Assembly (NCBI GenBank): GCA_964304625.1
Contig: OZ199839.1
Span: forward strand, 10,775,186-10,839,185
Origin: Kudoa neothunni
Taxonomy: Eukaryota; Animalia; Cnidaria
Direction of reading: 5' to 3'
DNA: 64,000 bases
In this document: positions 28,587 through 42,436 of the stretch, piece after piece
How the letters are laid out: every line of letters starts with the position of its first letter
Numbering within the stretch: the first letter of the stretch is position 1
Position numbers and translations under genes: made by a program
The notes under the pieces: model-generated
Database searches by the model: none
What the model was told of the DNA's origin: nothing
What the model saw: only the letters and a program-made list of their open reading frames with translations

Positions 28587-30117
28587 TTAAATATTGTTGT
28601 CAACATTGTTGCTAGTTTCCTCATTATTTACATTAACAGGCTCGTTCGATTCATTTAGAGACATATTTTGGGTTTCAGAGACGATATTGCTAGCTGTGGA
28701 AACTTTAGGATCTACACAATCATAGACTATTATAATTCCAGCTCAGGATCACTCAAAAATGTACTATTATTTGAGGATGATTGATTAAGAGCCACAGCAG
28801 TTTGGATGAAGGTTTGGTAAAGTTGAGATATTGTTGTTAAAGTTTGAAAGTAGGCAGCGGGGTCAATACCAGGAGGAGGAGCACCATCTAAAACGCGAAA
28901 ATAGCACAACACGACATAAAGATTTTTTACTGGTAGCAGGATTCAGCATATTTGAGAGTACACTGACAGCCGATTGTTGTTGTGGAAAGTTGGGAAGTTT
29001 GGGTGTTAACAGCGCGTTCATAAGTTTACCTAATTATCAAAAACTGTTGCCAAATTTCTTTCCACACGTTCGATTGAATATTTAACAATGAGAAAAGATC
29101 ATGTTTGGGGTTTTATAAGCGCTAGAATTTAGGCTCAACAATTACCTTGATATTCTTTTGAAAATGCAGGTTTAACTTCAACCTAAATTAACAACCAATA
29201 CTTATCAGAAAGTCACATTACCAGTGGAAATTCACTTGTTGATCACCGATTTTTTGAAAACTATTTTTTAATGCACGATCAGCCGATTCAAAATCATCAA
29301 ATTCTATAAAACAAAATCCACGTCTTCTGTGAGTTTGTGACTCGATCGGAATATCACAACTTATGATCTATGTATTAAGTAGAACTTAAAAATGGCCCAT
29401 CTATACTTAGCAAACACTTACATTTCCATATTGTTGGAAATGCTCACGTATAGCTTCATCTTGGATTTCCTGTTTGATACCACCAACGAAAATTTTCTTG
29501 GTAATGGGAAGACCGGTCTTTTTTTGGATATTAGAATTAGACAATTCACCACTGGCCGAATATACTTTGCTGTTGGCCACAGCTCTTTTAGGATCAATCT
29601 TAAATAACAAGGAGAATATAAATATGTAGATTGGTAGACGGAATCAGGTGTTTATGGATATGTTGTTACCGTTTTTCCGTCTAAATTGTGCGGGCAATTT
29701 TTCAAAACCTAAATTTATTCACATTAGATAATAACAGATAATTCCGATATTATTATTAGTTACATTGTTGGCTGCCTCAATTGTTTTAAAAATCACAAAT
29801 CCAAACCCCCTACAACAATAGGGTTAAATAGGTTTGGAAGGTGGAGAATTCGTGTCGAACGAAAAAATCACAAACCTCGATCGGCCTGTATTAGAATCAA
29901 CTTTAATACTGCATTCGGTGACTTCACCAAATTTGGACATGTATTCCCTTAGTTTTTCTACAATTTTTGGGGCTTAAACGCTGAATTTTATCTCTGAGAA
30001 ATTTACCACTAGTTGTTTCCCATGACAAACCACCCACAAATAATTTTCTAAACATATTATATTGTTTTCTCTTGATTTTTAACTAAAGAATAACCTTCCG
30101 TCATCGATATCAGTCAT
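28587..30117 (-). CDS. Two-RRM hnRNP A/B/D (squid/hrp40-like) RNA-binding protein
   Basis: MTDIDDGR|KLFVGGLSWETT, TGRSR|GFGFVIF, H.LDGKT|IDPKRA, KKIFVGGI, RRGFCFIEF, VEVKPA. The tail is Q/P/N/S-rich and the stop is at 28587. Confidence 0.88.
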
Positions 30118-30137
30118 TTTTAGAATGAACCCCGAAT

Positions 30138-30149
30138 TGCGCATGCGCG
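30138..30149. promoter_or_regulatory. NRF1-like palindromic motif TGCGCATGCGCG, about 20 nt upstream of the hnRNP ATG
   Basis: Near-exact match to the NRF1/Ewg consensus TGCGCATGCGCA in very AT-rich DNA. Related motifs occur upstream of other genes (see findings). Confidence 0.65.
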
Positions 30150-31158
30150 CCAATATATAACGGGTCGATATATTTGTCTCCCCATGATACGATACTTCAT
30201 GAAGAAATCATTATTTCCGTTAATTTTAATGATTTTTCCATTTTTCCTATTGAAAACGAATTAGATTTAATTTTTCGATCAAATAAAATTATAGAACGAT
30301 TTTTTTAATTTTAACATATTTTAGGACCGCTTAATTTAGTTGGGTAGATGACATCTCTTTTTGCTCCATTTAAAATCCACACTAAATGTATTTCTATTAA
30401 TTTGAGGGAGTAAGAAAATCCTCATAAAAAGGTGAGTTTTTACCTGTGGAGTTAATTTTTATTTTATTGGCTCTGAGACATTTTTTTTCTAAATTCTTAA
30501 TATTTTTAATAATTTAATATAAATTCAAATTAAATTATGTATATAGTTTGTGCAATATTACTTTTATTGAAAATATCAGTTTTTCTGGAATAGTACATTG
30601 TAAAATATTTGACCATAAATATAAATCGCTACTAAAACTGAGAACTTTATTTGTTGTCTAAAAATCCAAAAATCTAAAAATAGAAGGAAAGAATGAAATA
30701 AATTTTAAGATTATTAATTTTAATCCATTTTATTAGAACTCGATTTATTAGAATTAATTTTATAACGAATTTTAAAATGATATTAATTTAATGGGTATTA
30801 AAAATTTTTAAGTAACTCCAATAGCAGTTGAAATAAGACAATTTACATAAATAATATTTTCAGCAATAATTTTGGAAATAAGCTGAGATGATCGTGTGGT
30901 TTATCAAATACCTGGGGACTCAGATAAATTAAATAATAAACAAACCTAATATTTAATACCTGACATTTAAATTAATTTAAATAAAATTTTATTAAAATAT
31001 TGAATCAGTTTTATGTTAAATTCTATAGAAAATTTGGTTCGAATAACCATTTTATGACTCTCTTGATATACGATTCTAACTAATGTTATGATTAAGCTAG
31101 TAAACCCATTCTATGCGAGTTTATGTTGGACAGTCCCATTATTATTGATTAATATAAA

Positions 31159-33540
31159 ATGCTAATACTTATTATATTGCAAATAATAGATGCGGTGTTA
31201 GGTTAATAATTCTATATTTCTTTTTCGCTGTAATAATTAAGTTTAGGAGTGCAAAACGAAGACATTTTGTTAATGTATGAGAGCAACTATTTAGATAGGA
31301 CAGGAATAGTCGTTTCCCCAGTAGTGAATGGGGATGAGATGGTCCCTGATTTGTGCACCTTGGAAATTTACAATAGAGCGTCTGAACTGTATGAGCATTA
31401 TAATGATTGCGATCAAGAATCACAAGAGGAATGTGTCGATGTGTGCAATAATAAAAGAACAATTGATTTCAAATTTTTTAACCAAGGAGATCCTTTCATC
31501 AAGATCAAACGGTTAATTCAAAAGGACGGAGTACAATCTTATAGATACTATGTCAAGGGATTTCCATTTAGTAGGTAATATGTGATACTTTATTTAATTT
31601 TACTTTAGTGGTTTTGGTACCATCTTATAATATTCAGTTTGTACACTTTCAGAGTCATTTTCTGTCACTGGATATAATATTGAACAAATCGGCACATTGT
31701 AAAGCATTCTACGGCGGAAGAATATGCCCCAAGATGGAATATGATGATTTGACCAATATTTATAGTTTATTATTAAACATTAATAAAATTATAGAAAAAT
31801 TGGAATTGCTATGTGAGGGTTTTCCGCCATATATCTACAATTTTGTAATGTCCCCTTTCTTCAATCAAATGGGCTACCATGTTGACTTTAATGTATACAG
31901 AAGAGCCAACCCCACTGAAATACTCATCCATTTTCACATGAATAGTCCAAATAATGTTTGTGTTTTTAAAGTGTATAATTATTTCCCACTACAAAGTGAT
32001 GCGACAGGGGAATGTGGGGATGTTATTGGGGGATGTTTGAGTGTATGTTCGGATATGATTTTGTATTCGAATACACCTTGGCAACCTATATTAATGGTAA
32101 AGCTTACTGAAAGTGGCAATAGATGGGCTAAAAATAAAATATTACCTCGTAAGAAGTTTTTCGAGTTGAATGTTTTAAATGTTTTGTAGTGATAGGAAAT
32201 GGCGCAGATAGTCCGATATCAACAACGCCTACATATGATTACGTGCTTAGAGAAGCCAGTAAAACACTTCAGGCTATTATTGGTGTTAGGGAGAAATGTC
32301 CCGTGATACGAATCAAACAAGATAACATCCATCGCCAACTTTACGACTGCATTCAAAGTTATTACAAGGAAGATAATTGCAAAATGATTTTTTCTGTCAC
32401 TGATATATTAAATACTATACTTGGCCTACCATTCGACATTATATTTATAACATATTCGTTAGAGAAATGTTCCAATCAGATAAATTCCTTTATTCTTCCG
32501 GTCGATAAAGGTTATTAGCATAAGAGAATATTTAATTACATTAGATATAGTTGGATCGGGTGTCAAAACTAACAAGCAAAGCATTAAAGTGTTACAAATC
32601 TCAAGTAATAGTGTCACATTTAGCCTAAGAAATCAGAAAGATCTGAATAATATTTACACTTGTCAAGTTCTTGCTCAAAGATCAGGAGACTATTTGTTTT
32701 TCTTCCCAGATTGTTTGGACAAGGTGATTTGTGGTGGATATGCCGAGGAAAATTTTCGCATTATGAATCTCCAACACAGCACTACTTACAGGATAATGGT
32801 CGTTGTGTTTGAAGATATACAGAATAATTATTACACAGAGATAAAAACAAATCGTAAAATTATCAATAAAAATAATAATAATTTGTAATTTAGCTCTACC
32901 CGAAATTATCGACCTAAGAATCGAATCACTAAACTCCACTCATATCACATCTAAACTAGTCTTAAACCCACATGAAGAGAATATTATCTGTAGATGGAAA
33001 GTTTACGGTGTGGTCACTTTCGGTTCTATTAATACCAGAAATATGTTATATTCATGTTGGACGTCTTCCGATATCCCCCCAAATTGCAAAGATTATTCGA
33101 AATGTGGTGTGTCCGTTGACCTACCTGTTCCAAAAGATTTTGATTCGGTTCATATTTATGTTTCATTTAATAAGAAAGATGAAGCCAAATATTACAATAT
33201 TTCAAAAGGTATATCATATGTAGTGAAATTTTATAAAAATTCCCATATCATAGATATTATAACGCAATTGGTTCGTTATGGCACTCCTCCTATAGTTTAC
33301 TCGGAAATAACAAATATTTTATCAAATATAAAAAACAAAATTGATAATGAACGATCCAATAAATTTTATAATAAAATAACGTAAATAAACATCCATTAAA
33401 CTAATTGAATGTTGTACTTATTATTTTTAAGGATTGTAGCATTGAGTTTGTTAGGTGGGCTCACAGTTTCATGGCTTATTTGGGGTTCGATTGTTTATCT
33501 GCGGAGAAGAAACTTTTTTAGAAACACAACCGATTATTAG
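31159..33540 (+). CDS. Orphan type I membrane protein (signal peptide, Cys-containing ectodomain, possible FN3 repeat, single TM), about 700 aa
   Basis: MLILIILQIIDAVL|GVQNE signal peptide; exons join in phase across introns of about 35-65 nt; NLQHSTTYRIMVVVF is FN3-like; last exon IVALSLLGGLTVSWLIWGSIVYL-RRR..NTTDY*. Confidence 0.8.
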
Positions 33541-34216
33541 ATTTGTAATTTTTCTTTATTAAATACATAATAACTTAACTAATTTTTATTTCCCTTCTTA
33601 TTTAACGTATTTTATTATTCAAATATTTTTCACAGCAAAATATAATATTACATTTATATTTTATATATAAATTCAATATTTAATTTCTTAACAATAAAAA
33701 TTTTAATCAAACGATTAAATAACACTTTAACGTTATTTATTCAACCAAATGCCTAAATATTGTTACCATTGTTCAATTCAAAATATATCACACTGCAATA
33801 TCAATAAATACTACTAAACAGGTGGTATTAAAAAATATAAAAATTCAAATCTTTTTCAATAATGTTTCACTACACAAAATCTCCATTAGAATCTCCCCGA
33901 TTATATTGAATGAAAATAAACAAGTCGCCATAGATTTTTATTGAGATTAATCGAAAAAAACAATCATTCATCGACTACAACAATAGACCAAAACATCAGT
34001 TTTATCTTCGATATTGTGTGGATTGAAGAGAGTTTACACTGGAAACTACCGGTTCCCAGGAGAGTGTATTGTAAAGCGTTTGTTCTAGGTTAAGTGTGCA
34101 TGTTTATATTTATTGGATAACCAGCCCAATCAATATAATCGATCTAGAGTACTTTAACGATAGAGATTGGTGGCTCAACTGTGCTATACCTAGAACAATC
34201 CAATCAACAGTTTCAA

Positions 34217-35908
34217 ATGGATAACATTAGAGAGTGTCATTTTGAGGTGACTCTCTACAACGCCGGCGAAGAATACGGCATAACTTTGAGTGGGGGCAGC
34301 GACTACAACACTCCTCTCTACATCACCAAAGTACAATATAGATAGAGATCATTATTCACTCAGCATTTTTGTGATATTGATTTTTATGGTGTCACAATAT
34401 ATTCATGAATGTTCACTGAACTAGGTCAAAACAGACACTCCCGCTCACCGCTGTGGCCTCAAAAAAAGAGATATTATACTTTCAATCAATCACGTCAACT
34501 GCATACAGTGCAAACATAACACTGCAGTAAACTTGATCAGACTGAATTCGGATTTGGTTAAATTCCTTATTTACCGGTAGATTGTGAATGGTTGATCTTT
34601 TTATTTATTACTTAAATTTGTCGTAGATCATTGCAACCAATATACAGCATGAGTGGCCTTTTTGATGAAATGAAGACCTACGTTGAATATAAAAAACTTA
34701 ATTTGGGCCAGATTTTAAGTGAAACCAGTGATATTGGGGATGATGAGAGACTATCGACTATAAAAAATGAGAAATCTCCTTCTGACCCACAATCTACTCA
34801 AATTGGTTAACTTTCTTTGAAAAGTATGTTAAAATGGTAGATGTAAACCTTTAGGAGTTCCTTCTATATTTTTGAACCAACCTAACCTCAATTCAATCAC
34901 CAATGGTATCAATAAAGGGGATCAAACTTTGAGTAAAGTGGTAGGAAAATTAGTTAGATTTTTACAAATGTTTATAAAATATTTCTTATTTAATTTTTTT
35001 AAGTCATTAACCTCCTTCGGGTCAGATTGGTATAAAAACTACGCCACTAGCACTGTCAATGCAAAACAAAGTTAGTCTTTCCGCTCGGATTGCGCACATA
35101 AACACTATATTAGATGTTACAGTGAAAGATATTATGAAATTAGAGAGAAGCAAGTCTATGCAAGGTCGGTCTTATTTCCAGCGCCCATCTTCCAAGTTCG
35201 TTAATCCAACTACTAACCACAAGTAATATTGTCGATTTTTTCCTCTTCAAAATACACTTTCAGAGTAAAACACATGGTCGAACAATTCAACAACCAACCC
35301 CAATACATTACTAATAATATAACAAGATCACCAAGGTATTTTTCGGCTTTAAATTACTTTTAAATATTTTACAACTAGTAGATCGGTTAATGGAGAACAA
35401 ATGAGATGTGAAACGCATTACAATGGTGTGATGAATGTTTAGAATTTTTTCAAGTTAGTTTCTAGGTATTTCAAATGCGTTAACAACGCCGCTCGATGAC
35501 TTTTTACAAAACCCCGCCAAATATCTTCTATCTAAAAATGGGTTCTCTTTCGATCAAAACTCAGTCTATGAAGCAATAGCCTGCGACGATTATGTTGGTA
35601 AAGGTCCATGTGAAATCAATATAAGAAAAGTGATTGTTAATACTGAAATGCTTAAAACTACTATTACTTTAATGTTACAACCTTTTTTGAATTTTAATTA
35701 AAATTTATTAATTAATTTAAATTGTTAGGGCACCAAATTGGTTGTATTGCGCTCCATTGACTCCAACTGGTACGAAGGGTTCATTGATTACCCCAATTTC
35801 AAGATTATACCCAAACACATTGTTGCCATTGATCGCATTGTGTTTGTGAATAATGGCATAGATGTGGAAATCAAACCATCCGCACAACAACAGTTATCCG
35901 CCACTTGA
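34217..35908 (+). CDS. PDZ + SH3 domain adaptor protein
   Basis: N-terminal PDZ (EYGITLSGGSDYNTPLYITK|V..DTPAHRCGLK.RDIILSIN......HNTAVNLIR), low-complexity middle, C-terminal SH3-like segment (AIACDDYVG.GPCEINIRK|G..LVVLRSIDSNWYEG). Confidence 0.75.
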
Positions 35909-36350
35909 ATCGGTGTAACAAAAATATCAATTACAACATTTTAATTGTAATTAGGTATCCTAGAGAGAAATTTGTTGAGTATTTGAATTCTTTTATCCCA
36001 TCCACCAACAAAATGCTTTAAAAAATTTCTTTTAGATTAATTTCCACTATATTGCTAATAGATTTGAACAAAAATAAACTCGTTTTCGATTAATTTTTCT
36101 TCTTTGGGCATCCACATATTTTTTCCAACTAGCAAAGCTTCGATCTCTGATTGCCAATCTAATTGATCTGTTTATCTTACTTTAAAAAATATCTAATTAA
36201 TTTGGTATATAATATGATTTTTTATCGATTTAAATATTTGAAATAGACTATAAATGTTTAATATAATGTTTTATTATGGAGACGTTGTTTTGACAACAGA
36301 TGAACTAATTTTTATGTTATTATTGGATTTATTAGCTCAGTAAGATAACA

Positions 36351-38596
36351 ATGATGGATAGTTGCATAGTGGAGAGCGAGATTGGCTATCGATATCACTC
36401 AAGCCATCGTCGAAATGATGTAGATTTCGAAGGAGTAGACCGCTTGAAGTGTGTTTCGCCGAAGAGTGTTACTGTGTCTACAGACCAAAAAAATAAAATC
36501 TATATTAACGTCAGAGTGAATCTAAAAAATTTAAATGGCGTTTCCGGAAGCTCTAAAGATTTAACAAGAGCACCTAATCAGTTTATACACAGCAGTGATT
36601 ATTGCGTAAAAAGAGTGGAAAAAATAAAAAACTCTTCAAGAGTTTGTAAAGTGGCTGCAACAAACGCAAACAGTAGTTCGCTGGGATTAAACTACAGTCT
36701 AACTACAACAAATTCTGGATGTAGTTAGTTACTCTGGTTATAGTTGTGGATTTAATAATTGTTAGATGAGTTTAATGATGGAGCAAATGAGAATTCACCG
36801 CCTAAACGATTTGCTTATGAAAAAAAAGGACTGTCATTCAATAGCAACTCTTTAGAATATTCAAATTCGAATGGAACCATTGACAAATCTACCGATTCTT
36901 CCGAAGTATTCGAAACCAATAAATTAATTGACGATGATGGTTTTTTAATATTTAAGCGCGTTGTTATTGATACTGCAGAATATGTCCAAGTTTATCTGGT
37001 ACAAGAAAAAGATATTCGCACAATGAATGTGAATGAGTTGGAGTGGTTTGTTAATAGAACCCCATACACCACATTCCAGGTATTTTTTGTTATTGTCTAT
37101 GAGAGGATCACGATAATTATTTTACAACAGGGTGATTTAATTATGAAAATAAGTAATAATGGACTTCGTATCGAGAACCAAGATAGAAATATTTATGTCG
37201 TTTTGGCGCTGGAACGTGTTATTTGCTGGAACACAGACTATTTGGAGTCCCACAAGTAAGCTAAACCGACCTTGAGATAATGCTATGTTTGCTTATTCTT
37301 ATATATATATATATATATATATATAAATCTAGCTATTTCACTGTAATTTATGATGATAGTCCGAAATTCGCATTGATGCTTTATGTGTTTGTGCTGAAAA
37401 ATCGCTATTCGAAAGTCTACACTGAAGCCAATCACAATCACAAGTTACGCCAATTCTGGTTAAGCGAACCAGTTTATTTATTCCAGAAATATCTAAATCC
37501 TATCTTACAACCAAGCAATATCTGCCTCAAGTGCCAATCCTCCAATGAAATTACTCCCAATGAAATAATCTATCCAACTCAAGCGTCAACCCCTGAGCCT
37601 AGCCGAAATATATCCATGTTGGACGTGCTGGATCAGTTTGTGGTGCTTTACTTGGGCTCAGTACCAACCTATGACACCCACGATCCTGTCACAGCTTTTA
37701 AAGCAGTTACCAAGATACTTTTACGCAACTATCAAATCTACAACTATTACAACGCTATTGTTGAATTACGCATGGAAAAGTTAATGTGTACAAATATCTC
37801 TGTATATTGCTATTATTATGATCTCATCTTAAATACGAACCACTTTAAATACACTACACTAATGCCTACTATGCGTATAGAATAACGAAGCTTTGTTTGA
37901 AGTCGATCTCAGTCATATTCAATACCTTGGAAAAATTTCGAAATTCAAGTAGTCTTCCTTTGAATTGATCATAAATATGATAGATTCCGTGTAGAATAAT
38001 CGGAATTATCCAATCGGGAAATTCACTCAATGAAAAACTGTGCAGGCTTTTCTATTTACATGACGATTTTATTGAACGATTCATATCAATCAAGGAATGG
38101 GTTACCTCTGAAAGTAGTGTCTGTGCTGGTATCAGCTATATTCAACCAGTCTACATTGTTGACCTCTCCATCGAAAGCAGCCAATCATCGTGGATGGAAG
38201 TTTCGGCTACTGAGGGAGTAATTTTTGTATTTATTCCAAATTTCCCTGTTAAATTGATTTATTCTAACAGAGTTGTTGTGAGGCAAGCTTCTTTCTTGGC
38301 AATACTGGAATATTTATTACGTCCGAGTTAATATCCTCTATATTGACCAACGCAAGAACCATATGGATCCCTTACAATAGAATTGAAGCGGTTTTCATTA
38401 GGACAAACGAACAAACCCAACTCACTCTCATATTGTCCTTCAGTACCGAAATCTACTCTGAGATCACTCTTAAAAATTATACTTTTGTTATTCTGCCTCA
38501 TATTGTTAGTTTTATGAATTTTTAATTAACTATACGTTAATGTTTTAGATTAGTGCCTACAATTTGGCCATGGAAGTTCATAAATTTCTCATTTAA
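36351..38596 (+). CDS. PTB/PH-like domain protein
   Basis: Series of in-phase exons with an S/N-rich N-terminus, MKISNNGLRIE (PH/PTB-like strand) and FVVLYLGSVP...AFKAV.KI (PTB signature F...YLGS). Orthology is unclear. Confidence 0.55.
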
Positions 38597-40671
38597 GAAG
38601 CTAATGCTGGATCATTTTTTTATGTATGTCAGTATGACACTATGACACAGTTTGTTGGAATTATTTTTACGAATTATCATTTTTTTCATTCATCTCAGTG
38701 TGTATTATTTGGATTTTAAATTTGTTGTTTTCTTCCTCGACTTTCTCTTTAGATTTTCAAAGTTTTAAATGCACAAGTTACATACAATAATAAAATCTTT
38801 TCCAGCTTTATCGCATATTTTTACTAAATTATATAAAAAAATATTTCTTTTTTAGTTTTAAGATAATTTCTGTGTCTGTAAATTAGTTTTTTAATCTGTA
38901 GATAGTTGAATTTAAATTCATAACAAATTATATCATGTATTTGTTCTAACGAAACTCTTTTCTTTTAAATTTAAATATTATACCGGGGTTCATTCGTAAA
39001 ATTTGGGAAGTGGATATTAATTTTTAATTATGTTTCAAGCCTTTTTGCATCATATAAGGTGTTCCATGGATTATAAGACGGGGTTTATATTTATTTTAAT
39101 TTAATAAGGGGTATCGAGCTTATTTTCAATGTAGGTTCTAATAAAGTAATCACGATATGAATCCAAAGCGTATTTTAATCTTTCATGGATTTACTTATTG
39201 TCTTGAAAAGTATTTCTCATCAAGTCTATTCTCCTCAAAATTGCGTTAGTGCTTATTTATTAAAAAAACTTTAAAACATGATAGTTAAACAAATATACTT
39301 TAATGTGTTTCAGCTGAATTGAAATCGAATAATTGTTCGATGAATTATGAGTATTCTTCAATAGATTTTATTTATAACAAAGTCTTTGTACAATAATTAC
39401 GTTTAGTTTCGTTAGAACCATAGAATATACAAAATTCTTATTATAGAACTTTTAGTTTTGCAAATAATGCCAATATTAATATAAAATATTTATGCTTTTC
39501 ATCCACAAATATATTTATAAATAAAATTTGTATCTAAAACATAGGAAAAAATATTTAATTTATCGTAATTAAATAGGTTATCGTATTGAAATGTACTCGG
39601 GAGTATGCTAATTCATGTTCCGATACACGCAACCGCAATAATATTACCTGTCGAAAACGAAAAGCAATGGATATGAAAAAAATTCATTATTTTCTTGAAT
39701 TTTCGATTAAAAATGATTTCCACTATTATTTTATATTTTTAAATTGAAGTACTTTCTAAAATTCGCGACCCATTGTTTATCGAAAAAACCTTCCATACCC
39801 ATTTCTTTCAAAAGTATTGATTTTTTGAACTTGAACCGTTGATAATTTTGAATAAAGCCTCCTATCACATTAAAATTTGAAAGAAATTAATATATACTTC
39901 TATTCTCATTAAAATTAAAATTTATTCGATCAGATCTAAATTACTTTCTTGATGGACCTTAAAAGGTAACATCCTTAGTTCTTCATTCCGTCAAAAACAG
40001 TCCAATAAAACTCGTGATAATTCAAGATTCGTTTGGAAAGACTTTCGTGCATACGGGGCTTATAAATCAAAAAATAAATAACATAAATACACAATTAATC
40101 TATATTATATTAGGTTCAATCAAAAAAAGATTCCATATACGATTCTGAATGAGACAAGATTGAGATTCAAATCATTCTGATTCTATTTGGGTAAGGGACA
40201 TGTTGAATATCATTATTAATTTTTATATAATTAGTCATTGTATTTTTATTTTTTATGATATTAATCGTCACTTATAAGTAGGCGATAATGACTTCAAACT
40301 ACGTCATACTGCCCAATAACCTCACCATTATCCGTGTCACACCAATACTCAGTACTCTCGATATTTTTCCCCTTCATTAAACGTTCAAAAATTTCCATTC
40401 CCAACGAATTTTTTCACATCCCACACATGGGAAACACTGTATTAAATGTATTATAATCTGTTTAAAAAATCTAATTAATTGTTAAATAATTACTGGTTTT
40501 ATAAAAAACTTAAAACCCAATAAACAAATTAAAAGATTAAGCATTTTCATTTAGAAAATTATGAATTTTTGAGCGCATATACAATAAGGCAATCAATATT
40601 TTTCGAGGTTATATACAAACAAGAAAAGTAGTTCGTAATTTGGAGACCTATAGCATATAGCATATAGTATG

Positions 40672-42360
40672 CTAATGGCGAGTTGAATATTCCCCCGAAG
40701 ATCGTTTGTGTCGGTGTTTCTACAAAATAATACAAAAATTTAAAAATATCTAATTTTACATCGTTTCTCCTATCATAATTTCTATGACTTGACTCACTAG
40801 GTTCATCGCTAAAATATAAAGTATTTAATAGTGAAAATACTCTCTTCAAGTATACTCTGAGAATGATTTATAACGCGCAGACATCCCTAAACAAGAAAAT
40901 CGTTATTCGAAATTGTCGAAGAAAGGTCCCACTTGATTTTTTCCAGCGAGATGGTTTTATGGATTGACAAAAATTAACATGAATACGTCTGTCATCAATA
41001 AGAACATTGTCCATTTTGAAATAAGCTTTTTCACAATCTTCAACCTATCCAATTTATATAATGTGTGATAATTACACAACCAAGCAAAAGTAACACACAT
41101 TTTCAAATTCAATAAATCCATATTGAAGAGAATCATTGGTTTTATAGTCTCTAATTATTTCGCAACTATACAACAATAGCTATTTTTCGGATAACACATC
41201 ACAACTAAGGTAACCTTAGGATATTTCCAAATCTAGAAAACAATATCTCCAAATCTTCTTCGATGGTGACTGGATTGAGTTTGCAAATAAAGAGAACGTT
41301 TTCTGGAGGTTTCATATCAGCATCAGGAATATCTCCCACCTATTGCATGTAAAATAATCGACATAAAAAAGTGCGCTATTTTTTATCCCACCATCTCAAG
41401 GATTTGAGCGCCAGCTTTCAATTCACGATCTTCGAGAATTGTGGTGAGTTGTTCTTTGTCCATCCCATCGAATTCGTCCAAATTTTCATGTGCAGCTAAA
41501 CGTTTTGACTACGATGAATTAACTTACTTTAGTTTATATCTCCAAATGATTAACTTGAAGCAATTTCATTTCGATAGGAGGTGATTTGACAACATAATCC
41601 AAAGGGTGACTATCTTTAAATGGGTCATCGACAATTATTGTATGAGTTATTCTATCGATTTAATCAACTAGTACGAATTCAGCGTGTTATTCAAGTACCT
41701 AATGTCCTGAAAGGGAACACCATCATCGTCCTTGATAGCTGAACACAGGTTGTCAATGGTATCCATACCTTCTACGACAACACCAAATACAGTGTGTTTT
41801 CCATCAAGACTGGTTAAATTATCAGCCAAGGTGATAAAGAACTACAAAATATATTATGTGAATAATTCGAATCAGCCCCAATGTAGATGCATTGCACCTG
41901 AGAAGCATGCATGTTGTTGATTCCATTGTTTATAAATGAAACTATTCCTTTGCAAAAATGCTTGATTCTAGGTTTTAGCTCCATCTCAAACGAACTGTCT
42001 TTCAATGCCATAACCGGTCTAAATTTAGCCAGATCGCACACAGTTGAGCAAATTTGAAGTACTGAGGAATTGTGTCCCATTTTTTATCCAAATAGATAGA
42101 TTTGCCGGTTTGAGCAATGAAACCATTCTAAAATCACTCGGCTTATTTTTATACTGCTATATAACGCCAATAGCATACAATAACTTTGGAGAAAAGTGAA
42201 AAATTATAAAATTTATGTCGACAGTAGTTGATAAAATTGTAGCATGCTAAATCAGTTCGCATCCAGTCCAATTTTAAACAATGACTCTACCTATTGGTCG
42301 CTGTTCCACAAAGAGATCAATTACAATGTCTCCAAGTGTGGTTTCCACCAAAACCGACAT
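40672..42360 (-). CDS. PPIL4: Cyclophilin-RRM protein PPIL4
   Basis: [58 protein letters not shown]|[60 protein letters not shown]. Short basic tail [15 protein letters not shown]. Confidence 0.95.
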
Positions 42361-42436
42361 TTTTCCGTTAATGCGCGCAAAACCCCGACATTTTATTATA
42401 CAAAAATCAAACCAAAATAATTATGTTAATTTATCT

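Noticed and set aside
39000-40440. Possible pseudogene fragments on the minus strand
   Set aside because: There are stops in the frames examined and no recognisable motif.
40559-40849. Hydrophobic C-terminal tail for PPIL4 suggested by the ORF track
   Set aside because: A 40-nt GT-AG intron (about 40759-40720) shifts the frame to the expected basic tail ending at 40672.
42100-42260. PPIL4 cyclophilin domain lacking the catalytic Arg
   Set aside because: Divergence of this site is already typical of PPIL4 orthologues, so it is not novel.
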